Below the pieces are notes generated by a model. That model was given only the letters and a program-made list of their open reading frames with translations. It was not told where the DNA came from and made no database searches. 64,000 nucleotides of DNA from an uncultured Chloroflexia bacterium. Its GTDB lineage: Bacteria; Chloroflexota; Limnocylindria; Limnocylindrales; CSP1-4. Shown piece by piece: positions 28,453 to 38,969 of the stretch (positions are counted from its first letter, which is position 1; each line of letters begins with the position of its first letter). The stretch covers positions 145,863-209,862 of the forward strand of contig CAWJUA010000022.1 in NCBI GenBank assembly GCA_963845925.1, read 5' to 3'. Made by a program: the position numbers and the translations under genes.

Positions 28453-28985
28453 CCGCGCTCCTCGCTCCCGGCCTCGGCCCGGCCACTCGGCGGTCCGCCG
28501 TGCTCGCCGACGCCGGGGTGGATCCCGCGGGCGAGCCCGACGTCGTCGGCGACCCGCTCGAGCAGGTCGACGAGCTGCGCCTGCTCATCCGGGGAAAGTG
28601 CGGCCGTGAGCTCCGATTCGTGCTCGGCGGAGGCACGCTTCAGGGCCGTCAGCGCGTTGCGCCCGGCATCGGTCAAGTGGATGACCCACACGCGGCGATC
28701 GCCATGCGCCGCCTGGCGCTCGACGAGCCCGGCCGTCGCGAGCTCGTCGACGAGCCCGACGACCTTGCTGGCCGGGACGCGGATCGCCCGGGCGAGGTCG
28801 GCCTGGCTCATCGCACCGCCGGCGTCCAGCACGCGCAGGACGATTCCCTGGCGCGGCTCGAGCCCGAGCGGAGCGAGCCGGGCGGCCCAGCGCCGGGCGG
28901 ACTCGAAGCCGAGCTGGGACATGAGGAAGCCGACTCCCGGGGTGGGGAGGCGCCGCGCGGACGGCTTGGTCGGGTCGTCGGTCAC
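28449..28985 (-). CDS. MarR-family transcriptional regulator
   Basis: wHTH (MSQADLARAIRVPASKVVGLVDELATAGLVERQ..GDRRV). GTG at 28985, or ATG at 28922. Lies 34 nt downstream of the EamA gene, so the two are probably co-transcribed. Confidence 0.8.
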   Translation of the reverse strand: MTDDPTKPSARRLPTPGVGFLMSQLGFESARRWAARLAPLGLEPRQGIVLRVLDAGGAMSQADLARAIRVPASKVVGLVDELATAGLVERQAAHGDRRVWVIHLTDAGRNALTALKRASAEHESELTAALSPDEQAQLVDLLERVADDVGLARGIHPGVGEHGGPPSGRAEAGSEERG

Positions 28986-29019
28986 CGCAACGGATCGTAG
29001 TCCCGTTGACCGGCCGGGA

Positions 29020-29991
29020 TCAGCCGAGGACGGCCCCGATCGCGGCAGTCGACCGGGCGACAAGCCGCCCGACCGTGACCCGCAGCGCGTCCGGCCGCGG
29101 GACCGGCAGCCGGAGGACGAGGACGAGGCTCACGATCACGAGCGCGAAGCCCGCGAGAAGCTCGGGCCCGACGTGCTCGCCGAGGATCAGCCCGCCCCAG
29201 ACGATGCCGAACATCGGCACGAGGAACGTCGAGCTGCTGGCTGCCGTCGCCGTCGTCCGGGACAGGATCCGGAAGTAGACCGGCCAGGCGATCGCGGTCG
29301 AGACGACGCCCATCGTGACGAGCGACCCGGCCGCGGCCGGCGAGGGCACCGGTGGGATCCCGCTGAGCAGCGAGATCGGCAGGAGGATGACGGCCGCGGC
29401 GACGAGCTGGCCCGTCGCGAGGTCGAGCGGCGCGACGTCGCCCAGTCGCCGTCGGACGAACGTGCCGGCGAATGCGTAGCTGAGCGCCGCCCCGAGACCC
29501 GCCGCGACCGCGACGACGGTGGCCGGCCCGATCTCGATCGGCGACCCACCGAGCAGGAACACGACCGCCCCGAACCCCAGAACGAGACCGGCGAGGACGC
29601 TCGGCGCGAGCCGCTGGCGGAGCCACACCGCCGAGACGATCGCGGTGAAGAGCGGCGTCGTCGCCATCAGGAGCGAGGCCAGCGACGCCGGGAGGCTGAG
29701 CGTCGCGAAGGCGAGCAGCGAGAAGGGGATCGCCGAGAACGTCGCACCGACGATCAGGAACGCCGCCGGCTGGCGACGCGCGGCCGCTAGGGCCGAGCGG
29801 CCGCTGACGAGCGCGAGGACGAGGCCGGCGATCGCGACCCGGATCTCGGCCGTCCAGAGCGGCCCGATCTCGGGCGAGGCGACGCGGAAGAACAGGAAGG
29901 CGGCGCCCCACACCGCGCCCAGGTAGACGAGCAGGGCGAGGTCGGTCGGCGAGACGCGGGACGGGGCGGGAGTCGCTGGCGACGAAGGCAT
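29020..29991 (-). CDS. DMT superfamily transporter (EamA family, 10 TMS)
   Basis: Two EamA-like repeats. ATG at 29991 (MPSSPATPAPSRVSPTDLALLVYLGAVWGAAF). Confidence 0.8.
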   Translation of the reverse strand: MPSSPATPAPSRVSPTDLALLVYLGAVWGAAFLFFRVASPEIGPLWTAEIRVAIAGLVLALVSGRSALAAARRQPAAFLIVGATFSAIPFSLLAFATLSLPASLASLLMATTPLFTAIVSAVWLRQRLAPSVLAGLVLGFGAVVFLLGGSPIEIGPATVVAVAAGLGAALSYAFAGTFVRRRLGDVAPLDLATGQLVAAAVILLPISLLSGIPPVPSPAAAGSLVTMGVVSTAIAWPVYFRILSRTTATAASSSTFLVPMFGIVWGGLILGEHVGPELLAGFALVIVSLVLVLRLPVPRPDALRVTVGRLVARSTAAIGAVLG

Positions 29992-30056
29992 GCTCGAATG
30001 GTCGCCTCGCGACGCTCGCAGGACGAGGGCCAAGCGTGGTCGACGAGGCTGGACGG

Positions 30057-31076
30057 ATGACGGTCCGAACGGGAACCCGGATGCGACGAGCGGCGTACGA
30101 GAGCCGATGCGTAACGACCCGCCTGCCGACGCTCTGCGGCCTGCTCCTGCTCGTCGCCCTCGTCGCGGTCGCTTGGCCGGCGACGCTCGCCGCTGCCTCA
30201 CCGCCGGCCGAAGTCTCACCACCGCCGAGCGAGCAGCCGCCGGAGCGCCCGCCGTACGAGGCCTGGCTCGACCGACCGCTCCCGGCCGACGCCGCCCCGG
30301 GAACCGGGCTCGAGGTCGGCGTGACGATCTGGGACGCGCTCGGGCTCGAGATCCCGCGCCTTGGGGCGACGATCTTCGTCCAGGCAGTCCCGCCGGCCGG
30401 TGTCGGCGAACCGGTCCGTGTCGTCGCCATCCGCGACTGGCCGGGCCATTTCCGGGCCCGGATCGACGTCCCGCCCGGCGGGCTCGACCGCGTCGAAACG
30501 GGAATGCCGGGGACGGTCTGCGAGAACGACGTCTGCCGGCCGGACGACTGGATCATCCCGGTCGTCGGGGCCGGTCCGCCGCCGGACGCGCCGATCACGA
30601 CGCTCGCCGCGGCACGGATCGACGTCGGCGACCCGGCGCTGGCCGCGGACGAGCCGACAGACCTTTCGGTCGTGGTCCGGGCGCGGGCGAATTGGGAGAG
30701 CGTTCCGCTGCCGGCGCAGATCGTCGTCCGGGCTCGCGAGCCGCGCGGCCCGAACGTCGCGACGGCGACGCTGCCGCTGGCCGATCCCGCGACCGGCACC
30801 TACCGGGGGACGATCACGATCCAGCGGACCGGCGAGCTGGTCCTCGAGGCGGCGACGGACGCCGACGGTGGCGATGCGACCCGGTTCGGGACGTCGATGA
30901 CGCCGGTCTCGGTCGCCGCCGGGTCTGGAGGCGGTGGCGATGTCGCGCCGGCGGCGCCCGTCGCGGGCGAGCAGTCCGACGAGGGCCTGCCGGCGATCGT
31001 CGTCGTCCTCCTCGTCGGGGCCGCGGTCGTCGGGGCGGGCGTGATGCTCGCCGGCTTCCGGTCGGGCAGCCGCTAA
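30057..31076 (+). CDS. Exported protein with an N-terminal signal/TM and a C-terminal TM anchor
   Basis: LPTLCGLLLLVALVAVAWPATLAAA signal. C-terminal LPAIVVVLLVGAAVVGAGVMLAGF anchor. Divergent from the EamA gene. Confidence 0.5.
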   Translation: MTVRTGTRMRRAAYESRCVTTRLPTLCGLLLLVALVAVAWPATLAAASPPAEVSPPPSEQPPERPPYEAWLDRPLPADAAPGTGLEVGVTIWDALGLEIPRLGATIFVQAVPPAGVGEPVRVVAIRDWPGHFRARIDVPPGGLDRVETGMPGTVCENDVCRPDDWIIPVVGAGPPPDAPITTLAAARIDVGDPALAADEPTDLSVVVRARANWESVPLPAQIVVRAREPRGPNVATATLPLADPATGTYRGTITIQRTGELVLEAATDADGGDATRFGTSMTPVSVAAGSGGGGDVAPAAPVAGEQSDEGLPAIVVVLLVGAAVVGAGVMLAGFRSGSR

Positions 31077-31250
31077 CCGCCCGAGCGGTGCGTCCCGGCA
31101 CCATAATCGGTCGACGATATTCGCACGACTAACCCGCGTTACTCATCGAATATCGTGACAGAGGTGAGACAATAGCGGTGCATCCGTCACGACACGGGCC
31201 ATGTTTCCGGCGTCGCGCACCGAGTGCTCGCGCCAAAGGAGCGTGTGCCC

Positions 31251-33347
31251 ATGCCTGCTGCCCTGCAGGTGCTTTCGCCTGTCCTCGTCGCGGTCCTGGC
31301 CGGGCTCGCGATCGTCGTCGCGTTGCTCGTGGTCTGGGCGACCCGGTCGGTCCAGTTCATCTCGAACAACCGCGTCGGTGTCGTCGAGAAGCTGTGGAGC
31401 CGGCGTGGGTCGGTGCCCTCCGGGCTGATCGCGCTCCGCGGCGAGGCCGGCTACCAGCCGGACGTCCTCCGCGGCGGCATCCACCTCTTCCGGCCGTTCC
31501 AGTACCGCGTCCACCGGTTGCCGCTGGTGACGATCCCCCAGGGCCAGATCGGCTACATCTTCGCCCGCGACGGCGATCCGCTGCCGCCAACCCAGACGCT
31601 CGCCCGGTTCCCGGACGGCGCCGACTTCGGGGACGTCCGGTCGTTCCTGGCGAACGGCGGTCAACGCGGCCCGCAGCGCCGGATCCTGCGCGAGGGCACG
31701 TACGCCGTGAACCTCGCCCAGTTCGTCGTGATCACCGACGGCCGCGTCTTCGGCCTGCCGCTCGAGAAGAGCGACACCGCGCTCCTCGACGAGATGGCGA
31801 CGCTCATCGCCGAGCGTCACGGGTTCGAGCCGGTCGTGCTGACCGGCACCGACGACGTCCTCGGCGTCGTGACGATCCACGACGGCCCGTCGCTCGAGCC
31901 GGGCGAGATCATCGCCCCGACCGTCGGCGACGACGCGTCGAGCGCGGCCACGTACCACAACAATTTCCAGGATCCGGAGCGCTTCCTCGCCGCCGGCGGC
32001 CGCCGCGGCCGCCAACTCGCGGTGCTCGTCGAGGGCACGTACTACCTCAACCGGCTGTTCGCGACGGTCGAGGTCGTGCCGAAGGCGGTCGTCGAGGTCG
32101 GCACCGTCGGCGTCGTCGTCTCGTACACGGGCGAGCACGGCTCCGACCTGTCGGGCGACGCCTACGGCCACGGCGAGCTGGTCGGACGCGGCGAGCGCGG
32201 CGTCTGGGCCGAGCCGCTGCTGCCCGGCAAGTACGCGTTCAACACGTACGCCGGCAAGATCGTGATGGTCCCGACGACGAACTTCATCCTGAAGTGGAAT
32301 CGGGAAGAAACCGGGTCCCACAACTTCGACGAGAACCTGTCCGAGGTCGACCTGATCACCCGCGACGCGTTCGAGCCGAGCCTGCCGCTGTCGGTCGTCG
32401 TCCACATCGACTATCGCAAGGCGCCGCTCGTCGTCCAGCGCTTCGGCGACGTCAAGCGGCTCGTCGAGCAGACGCTCGACCCGATGGTCAGCGCCTACTT
32501 CAAGAACGTCGCCCAGACGCGGACGCTCATCCAGCTCATCCACGACCGGGCGGCGATCCAGGACCAGTCGAGCGTCGAGATGCGCGGCCGGTTCGACCGC
32601 TACAACCTCGAGCTCCAGGAGGTCCTGATCGGGACGCCGATGCAGGGCCACGGCGACGCCAAGCTCGAGGAGATCCTGACCCAGCTCCGTGCACGCCAGG
32701 TCGCCGAGGAGCAGGTCGAGACCTATACCCGCCAGCAGACGGCGCGGTGAAGGAGCGCGAGCTGCGCGAGGCCGAGGCCCGGGCCAAGCAGCAGACGTCG
32801 ATCACCGAATCCGAGCTCTCGATCGCGATCCAGGCCAACCACGGCAAGGCGGACCTCGCCCGGGCGGAGCAGCAGGCGGCCCAGATGAAGGCGCTCGCGG
32901 CGGCCGAGGGCGAACGGACGCGGCTCCTCGGGGCGGGTGAGGCCGCCCGCGGTGAGCTCGCTCGCCGGCGCCGAGGCGGAGCGCGCCGCTCGCGTCGGCG
33001 TGGCGCAGGCGCTCGCGATCGAGGAGCAGGTCCGGGCCTACGGCGGGCCGCGCTACCAGCTCACCCAGCAGGTCATGTCCCGGTTCGCCGAGGCGATCCA
33101 GCAGGCCGGCGTCGACATCGTGCCGAAGGTCGTGATCGGCCACGACCGGCGCGACGGCGAGGGCGACGGCGCGTCGCCGATCGGCGGCAGCGTCCTCGAG
33201 GCGCTTCTGGCGATCCTGCTCTCGGACCGGCTCGGGGTCGACGTCACGGGCGAGGGGAGCGAGGGCGCCGGTCGCACGCCGAGCGAGGCGGCCCGCGTCG
33301 TCCGCGAGGAGCTGCAGCGCCGGCTCGGCTCGGGCGAGGCCGCCTGA
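31251..33347 (+). CDS. Flotillin / SPFH-domain (band 7) family membrane protein. Two apparent frameshifts (~32745 and ~32945).
   Basis: AAGGAG SD, then ATG at 31251. N-terminal TM with SPFH domain. The EA-rich flotillin coiled-coil (AVKERELREAEARAKQQ..AEQQAAQMKALAAAEGERTRLL) and C-terminal part (SLAGAEAERAARVGVAQALAIEEQVRAYGGPRY...) lie in two other frames. Confidence 0.75.
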
Positions 33348-33370
33348 GCGTCGCTCGCGCGACACGCGAA

Positions 33371-33402
33371 AACGGCCCGGCCGCCGATGCGACCGGGCCG
33401 TT
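33371..33402. terminator. GC-rich hairpin between convergent genes (AACGGCCCGG-12 nt-CCGGGCCGTT)
   Basis: Perfect 10-bp stem, 24 nt after the flotillin stop and 13 nt after the beta-propeller gene stop on the opposite strand. No U-tract, as is common in high-GC actinobacteria. Confidence 0.45.
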
Positions 33403-33414
33403 CGGTGGGCGGCG

Positions 33415-34573
33415 TCAGTCGACGACCATCCCGAAGGGCGCCGCGCCGCCCGGGATCGCCACCGGCGAGCCGGCTCAGCTCGGTGAGGCCGGTCCCCTCG
33501 ACCGCGAAGACGCTGACCTTCGCCACGCCGGCGTCGACGACGTAGAGGAACCCGCCGTCGGGCGAGACCGATGCGTCGAACGGCCGGAGGCCGGTCGGGC
33601 TCGTCATGCCGGTCGATCCGGCCAGGGCCAGCGTCCCATTGGCCGCGACCGCGTAGCGCGAGATCGAGCTGACGCCGGTGTTGATCGCGAACAGGGCCGA
33701 CCCGTCCGGGCTCAGCGCGACCCAGCAGGGGGCCGTCTGGTTGTCCGCAAACGGCGAGCCGCTGATCGCGGTCAGCCCGCCGTCCGAGGCGACGTCGTAC
33801 ACGGACACCGATCCGTTGCCCGGGCCGTCGTGGGCGTTCGAGACGAACAGGCGGTCATCGTCGACCGGCGAGAAGGCGCTGCCGAACGGGCCGATCCGCT
33901 GCGCGGCGAACGGCGAGCCGGCTGCGGCGGTCAGACGGCCGTCGGTGCCGATCCGGAAGCCGTCGAGGTACGACGGACCGGCGTTCGGGCCGACCCGGGT
34001 GCCGACGAGGCGCCGGCCGTCCGGGCTGATGAGGACGTGTCCCGGAAGGGCGTTGTCCGGCAGGGCGACGGTCGAGTTCGCGATCGGCGTCAGGTGGCCG
34101 CCGGCGTTCAGCTGGAAGCCGGTGTAGTTGCTGCCGCCGGCGCCGCCGTTCGCGACATAGACGAGGCTGCCATGGACCGCGATGCTCGTCGGGAGGCGGC
34201 CGTTCGCGTCCTGGACCTCGACGAGGCGGAGCGCGCCGTTCGGCAGGATGCGCAGCACGGAGATCTCGTTGCTGCCGGGGTCCGTCGCGAGGAGGTAGCG
34301 GCCGTTGGCCGTCTCCTGGAGGCCGCCGGCCGAGCCGAACGGGGCGCCGGTGCCGACGCCACCGGCGTTGAACGGGGAGCCGGCGATCGGCGTGAGCGTG
34401 CCGTCGGCATGGCGGTTGAAGCCGGCGATCGTGTTGTGGCCGGCGCTGTTGTTGTTGACGTAGACGTGGCCGACGACCGGCGAGCCGGCGGCGAATGCGG
34501 CGCCTGCGGTGAGGCTCGCGGCGACCAGGGCGACGGTGGCCGCCAGGCCGAAGAGGCGGGCGATGCGGTGCAT
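33415..34573 (-). CDS. Secreted beta-propeller protein (YVTN / lactonase-like repeats). Apparent frameshift near 33480.
   Basis: Signal peptide. Repeated LYVANGG..SN / LFVSNAHDGPGNGSVSVYDV / LYVVDAGVAKVSVFAV blades. The C-terminal 20 aa (SPVAIPGGAAPFGMVVD*) are in a different frame ending at 33415. Confidence 0.7.
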
Positions 34574-34718
34574 CCGTGTGCTCCTCCATGGTGGCCGACA
34601 GGGTTCGTCGGCCCGTGGCGAGCACGTTGGCGAGGCGCCGTGTCGGGGTCGTGACCGGCCGATGACGGTTCGGTGACGAGGCGTGACGGCGGGCGTCGGC
34701 GGGCGTCGGCGGCGGCGG

Positions 34719-35048
34719 TCAGTCGCCGAGCGCGATCACCGTCTCGCCGCCGAAGGCCAGCGCCTCGCCGACCTGGAACGTGTCGGCGATCTTGTTCCAC
34801 GCCTCGAAGCCGGGATGGCTGTCGTGCTCGTGATGGCCCTCGCCGGTCGCGAAGACCGCCACGATCAGGAACTGCGTGGAACCCGCGACCGGCCGTGAGC
34901 TGATGTCGAGCCGCGAGATCGACGCCCTGAGCAGCGTGCCGCGCCCGGCCAGCTCTTCCCAGATCGGGACCTCGTGGGCGCGGAAGCCGGCGAGGAACTC
35001 GTCGACCTGGCCGGAGTCGACGTTCAGGACGACGCCGATGGTCTCCAT
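34719..35048 (-). CDS. Hypothetical protein (109 aa)
   Basis: Strong SD (GGGAGGAG) before the ATG at 35048. METIGVVLNVDSGQVDEFLAGFRAHEVPIWEEL... has a balanced composition. Confidence 0.5.
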   Translation of the reverse strand: METIGVVLNVDSGQVDEFLAGFRAHEVPIWEELAGRGTLLRASISRLDISSRPVAGSTQFLIVAVFATGEGHHEHDSHPGFEAWNKIADTFQVGEALAFGGETVIALGD

Positions 35049-35067
35049 GGCTCTCCTCCCGTGGATG

Positions 35068-36531
35068 TCAGCCCAGCCGGCGGAGCGCCGAGCGGGCAGC
35101 GAGCATGCCCGACACGCCGTGGACGCCGCCACCGGGCGGCGTCGATGCCGAGCACAGGTAGATCGCCGGGTTCGGGGTCGAATACGGGTCGAGGATCCGG
35201 AGCGACGGCCGCGTGAACAGCTGCCGCAGGTCGAACCGCCCGCCGGCGATGTCGCCGCCGACATTGTTCGCGTTGGCCGCCTCGATCCGGGCCGGTCCGG
35301 TCGCCGATGAGGCGAGGATCCGATCCCGGAATCCGGGCGCGAAGCGCTCGATCTGGCCGACGATCCGGTCCGTCGCGTCGACCGTCGAGCCGTTCGGGAC
35401 GTGGCAGTACGCCCAGACGGTGTGCCGGCCTGCGGGGGCGCGGGTCGGGTCGAACAGGCTCGCCTGGGTCAGCAGCACGAACGGCCGATCCGGGACGCGG
35501 CCGGCGGCGACCTCGGCCTCGCCGCGGGCGATCTCCTCGAGCGTGCCACCGAGGTGGACGGTCGCAGCGTCGAGCAACTCCGGCGCGCGCCACGGGATGG
35601 GGCCGTCGATCGCGAGGTCGAGCTTGAAGACTCCCGGTCCGTGGCGGAAGCCCTCGAGCCGGCGCCGATAGCCGGCCGGGAGGCGGTCCCCGGCGATGCC
35701 GGCGAGCCCGCCGGGCGACGTGTCGAACAGCGCGATCCGGTGGGGCGGCAGCTCGTCCGCGCTTGCCACCCGCCGGCCCGTCTCGACCCGCCCGCCGAGC
35801 GCCTCCAGCTCGGCGACGAGCGCGCGGGGCAGCATTCCCGCACCGCCCTCGGGGAGCGGCCAGCCGTCGACGTGTGCCGCGGCGCCGAGCACGAGCCCCG
35901 CCGCCGCGCTCACCGGCTCGGTCAACGGCAGGATCGAGTGGGCGGCGATCCCCGCGAAGAGCGCCCGGGCGGCGTCGCCCCGGAACCGTCGCGCGACCCG
36001 CGTCGCCGGCTGCAGTCCCAGCAGACCGAACCGGGCCATCCGCAGCGCCCGCGGCGGCGACAGCGGCACGTGGAACGGGGCGAGCAGGTCCGGCAACAGC
36101 GTCGGCGCCGCGTCGACCATCCAGCCGAGCAGGTTGCGGTACGCGTCGCCGTCGCCGCCCAACCCGCGGGCCGTCTCGTCGACGTCGCCACGGAGCAGGA
36201 CGGCGGAGCCGTCGTCGAGCGGGTGGCCGAGCGCCGCCGGCGGTCGGATCCAGCGCAGGCCGTGCGCCGCGAGGGCCGGCTCGAGGTCGGCGAAGAACGG
36301 CGAGATCCGGCCGAAGACGTGGATCGAGCTGCAGACGTCGTGGACGAACCCGGGCAGGGTCAGCTCGGCGGAGCGCGACCCGCCGCCGGGCTCGTCGGCC
36401 GCCTCGAGGACCGTGACCCGGAGACCCGCGCGGGCCAGCGTGATCGCCGCGGCGAGCCCGTTCGGGCCGGAGCCGACGACGATCGCATCCACCGCGTTGC
36501 GGTCGTCGGCCCGGCCAGAGCCGCCGGTCAC
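35068..36531 (-). CDS. FAD/NAD(P)-dependent oxidoreductase, phytoene desaturase (CrtI)-like family
   Basis: Dinucleotide-binding motif AIVVGSGPNGLAAAITLARAGLRVTVLEA. ~487 aa with C-terminal CrtI-family conservation. The GTG start overlaps the stop of the LMF gene (GTGA). Confidence 0.8.
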   Translation of the reverse strand: MTGGSGRADDRNAVDAIVVGSGPNGLAAAITLARAGLRVTVLEAADEPGGGSRSAELTLPGFVHDVCSSIHVFGRISPFFADLEPALAAHGLRWIRPPAALGHPLDDGSAVLLRGDVDETARGLGGDGDAYRNLLGWMVDAAPTLLPDLLAPFHVPLSPPRALRMARFGLLGLQPATRVARRFRGDAARALFAGIAAHSILPLTEPVSAAAGLVLGAAAHVDGWPLPEGGAGMLPRALVAELEALGGRVETGRRVASADELPPHRIALFDTSPGGLAGIAGDRLPAGYRRRLEGFRHGPGVFKLDLAIDGPIPWRAPELLDAATVHLGGTLEEIARGEAEVAAGRVPDRPFVLLTQASLFDPTRAPAGRHTVWAYCHVPNGSTVDATDRIVGQIERFAPGFRDRILASSATGPARIEAANANNVGGDIAGGRFDLRQLFTRPSLRILDPYSTPNPAIYLCSASTPPGGGVHGVSGMLAARSALRRLG

Positions 36532-37964
36532 AGCAGCGTGCCTCGCCCGCCCGCCCCGACGTCCGCCAGCCCGAACGGCGGCACGTACTCCGCCGCGAGC
36601 GTCCGCACCCACCAGCGGCCTGTCTCGCGCCACTCCCGCCACGTCGAGTAACGGTAGTGGAACAGCCGAGCCCGCACGACCTCCGGCGCCTCGTCCGGGA
36701 ACGGATTGCGCCGCAGCAGACGGAGCGTCGCCGCGTCGTTCTCGAGGAGGCGGACGAGGAACACGAGGAACCAGTCGCCGGCGTATCGCGGCGAGAGCGG
36801 GATGAACCAGATCATCCAGTCGAGTCGGTAGTGGTACGGCGCGACCTGCGGCGGCCGTCGTCCGGGGTCGCCGGGCTTGCCCTTGAACTCGTACTCGCGC
36901 CAGCCGTCGTCGGCCGCGCCGTCCGCCGCTCCCTCCACGACGACCTCGTAGCGCGTCCGCCCCACCGTCCCGAAGGCCCCGTAGGTGTTGACGATGTGGA
37001 ACGGGTTGAACGAGGCGTTCATCGCCTGGCCCGGGCTGGCCATGTTCCGGATCGGCCACCAGCTCAGCACGACGACGAGAGCCGCCAGCCCGATGACGAG
37101 GGCGCCGAACCAGGCCGGCGTCGGGCCGAACGTGCCCGCGGCGGCGACGCCCGCCGGGTCCGCGATGCCGGCGAAGCAGGCGAGGATCGTCAGCCAGTTC
37201 AGCCACGCGTAGTTGCCGCTGACGACGAGGTAGAGCTGGGTGAGGATCATCAGGACGGCCGCGACCGAGGCGAACGGCTGGGGCAGGAACAGGCCCCACG
37301 GCAGGACCAGCTGGGCGAAGAAGTTGCCGAGCACTTCGAGGCGGTGGAGCGGTCGCGGCAGGTGGTGGAAGAACCACGAGAGCGGGTTCGGCATCGGCTG
37401 CGTCTCGTGGTGGAAGTCCATGCATCGCAGGCGGCGCCAGCACTCGTCGCCGCGGAGCTTGATCAGGCCCGCCCCGAACTCGACCCGGAACGCGAGCCAG
37501 CGGAACGCGAGGATCACGAGCCACTGCGGCGCGGTCTCGGCGTTGCCGAGGAAGATCGCGAGGAACCCGGCCTCGAGGAGGAGCGACTCCCAGCCGAAGC
37601 CGTAGAACGTCCCGCCGACGTTGACGATCGACTGGTAGAGGATCCAGAGCGCGAGCCACGCGGCCATCGTCACCGGCAGCGGCGCCCGCTGCGGCAGCCC
37701 GATCACCAGCAGGATCGAGATCGCGATCCCGGCCCACGCGACGACTCGCAGCCGCCGGTCCGAGTAGCCCCAGTGGAAGAGGCTGGGCACCTCCAGGAAC
37801 CGCGTCCGGGCGAGGAGGCGGGTCGCCGGCTGGAGACCGCGCTCGCCGCTGAGCGCCGGGAACTGGTTCGCCGCGACGAGGAAGGCGATCGCGTAGATCA
37901 GCGCGAGGCCGCGCTCGATGACGAACCGGGCGATCGTGTAATCGGGTGCGTCGAGGGTGGGCAT
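36528..37964 (-). CDS. Lipase maturation factor (LMF / DUF1222) family polytopic membrane protein
   Basis: ~478 aa with multiple TMS and LMF-family segments (WGYSDRRL, FYGFGWESLLLEAGFLAIFL, NPFHIVNTYGAFG, YHYRLDWMIWF). Confidence 0.7.
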   Translation of the reverse strand: MPTLDAPDYTIARFVIERGLALIYAIAFLVAANQFPALSGERGLQPATRLLARTRFLEVPSLFHWGYSDRRLRVVAWAGIAISILLVIGLPQRAPLPVTMAAWLALWILYQSIVNVGGTFYGFGWESLLLEAGFLAIFLGNAETAPQWLVILAFRWLAFRVEFGAGLIKLRGDECWRRLRCMDFHHETQPMPNPLSWFFHHLPRPLHRLEVLGNFFAQLVLPWGLFLPQPFASVAAVLMILTQLYLVVSGNYAWLNWLTILACFAGIADPAGVAAAGTFGPTPAWFGALVIGLAALVVVLSWWPIRNMASPGQAMNASFNPFHIVNTYGAFGTVGRTRYEVVVEGAADGAADDGWREYEFKGKPGDPGRRPPQVAPYHYRLDWMIWFIPLSPRYAGDWFLVFLVRLLENDAATLRLLRRNPFPDEAPEVVRARLFHYRYSTWREWRETGRWWVRTLAAEYVPPFGLADVGAGGRGTLL

Positions 37965-38131
37965 ACCTGACCGTCGGCTGGGTCGACGCCCGCATCGTGG
38001 GCCACCGCCGGTATTGCTGTCATGCCCCAGCGCGGCTCGGGATGCGACGGCGGCGTAGCGAGATGTCACCGCGACGGTGCACGCTTATCGTCGGATCGAC
38101 CGCCACGCAGCACACCGGGGAGGAACGAAAC

Positions 38132-38969
38132 GTGCGGCTGCCCGAACGCGCCGATCAGCTCGCCTGGGGGATCCTGGGCGCGACCGCCGCCGCGACGTTC
38201 GCCGTCTGGATGTTCTTCTTCCCAGACTCGATCGCGGAGAAATTCGCCTGGGACGTCCATCCGCGGATGACGCAGCTGTTCATCGGTGCCGGGTACGTCT
38301 TCCGGACGGCGTTCTTCCTGTCGGTCGCGTTCGGGCGCGACTGGCGGCAGGCTGCGCTGGATGTTCTGGGGCAACCTCGCGTTCACGGGGACGCTGCTGC
38401 TGGCGACGTTCTGGCACGCCGGCGAGTTCAACTGGGATCCGTCGCAGACGATCGTCGGCCACCTCTGGCTGATCCTGTACATCTTCGAACCGGTCACGAT
38501 GCTCTACATGGTCCCGCGCGGCGTGTGGCGGCTCCCCGCCCCGACGGAGGGCGGCCCGATCTGGCTGCCGTTCCGCTGGTTCATGATCGCGGCGACCGGC
38601 CTGCTGCTCTCCGACGGCCTGCTGCTCGTCATCAACCCGGAGTTCGCCGCACTCCGGTGGCCGTGGGAGCTGAACCCGCTCGACGCGCGGATCATGGCGG
38701 CCTGGTTCCTCGGCTGGGCTGTCTGGCTCGGGACGATGGCGTTCGCCCGTGACTGGCTCGAGATCCGGCTGCCGGCCGCGCTCTTCATCCTCAACGGCGC
38801 GGCGCTCACCGCCGTCAACTTCCTGAACGGCGATCTGCTTAGCGGCACGGGGCCGGCGCATGCGTACCGGACCGGCCTGCTGCTGCTGACCCTGCTGATG
38901 GCGGGCTTCGCCGCGTACCAGGAGGTTCGCCGGGTCCGGAGCGTGCCAGCGCGCGAGGTGGAAGCATGA
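38132..38969 (+). CDS. Polytopic membrane protein of unknown function, translationally coupled to the P450 gene. Apparent frameshift near 38340.
   Basis: GGGGAGGA SD, then GTG at 38132. The N-terminal part (ORF 37946..38752) and the remainder (ORF 38286..38969) are in different frames. The stop overlaps the P450 start (ATGA). Confidence 0.5.

Noticed and set aside
31178-34654. Giant 1158-aa plus-strand ORF spanning the flotillin and beta-propeller loci
   Set aside because: Only short stretches are real (alternative frames of flotillin). The rest is Arg/Pro/Gly/Ala-rich antisense or off-frame translation, typical of stop-poor GC-rich DNA. It overlaps two well-supported genes.
35401-36805. Several 200-400-aa plus-strand ORFs antisense to the CrtI-like oxidoreductase
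   Set aside because: Arg/Pro/Ala junk. The minus strand encodes a complete FAD oxidoreductase with a dinucleotide-binding motif.
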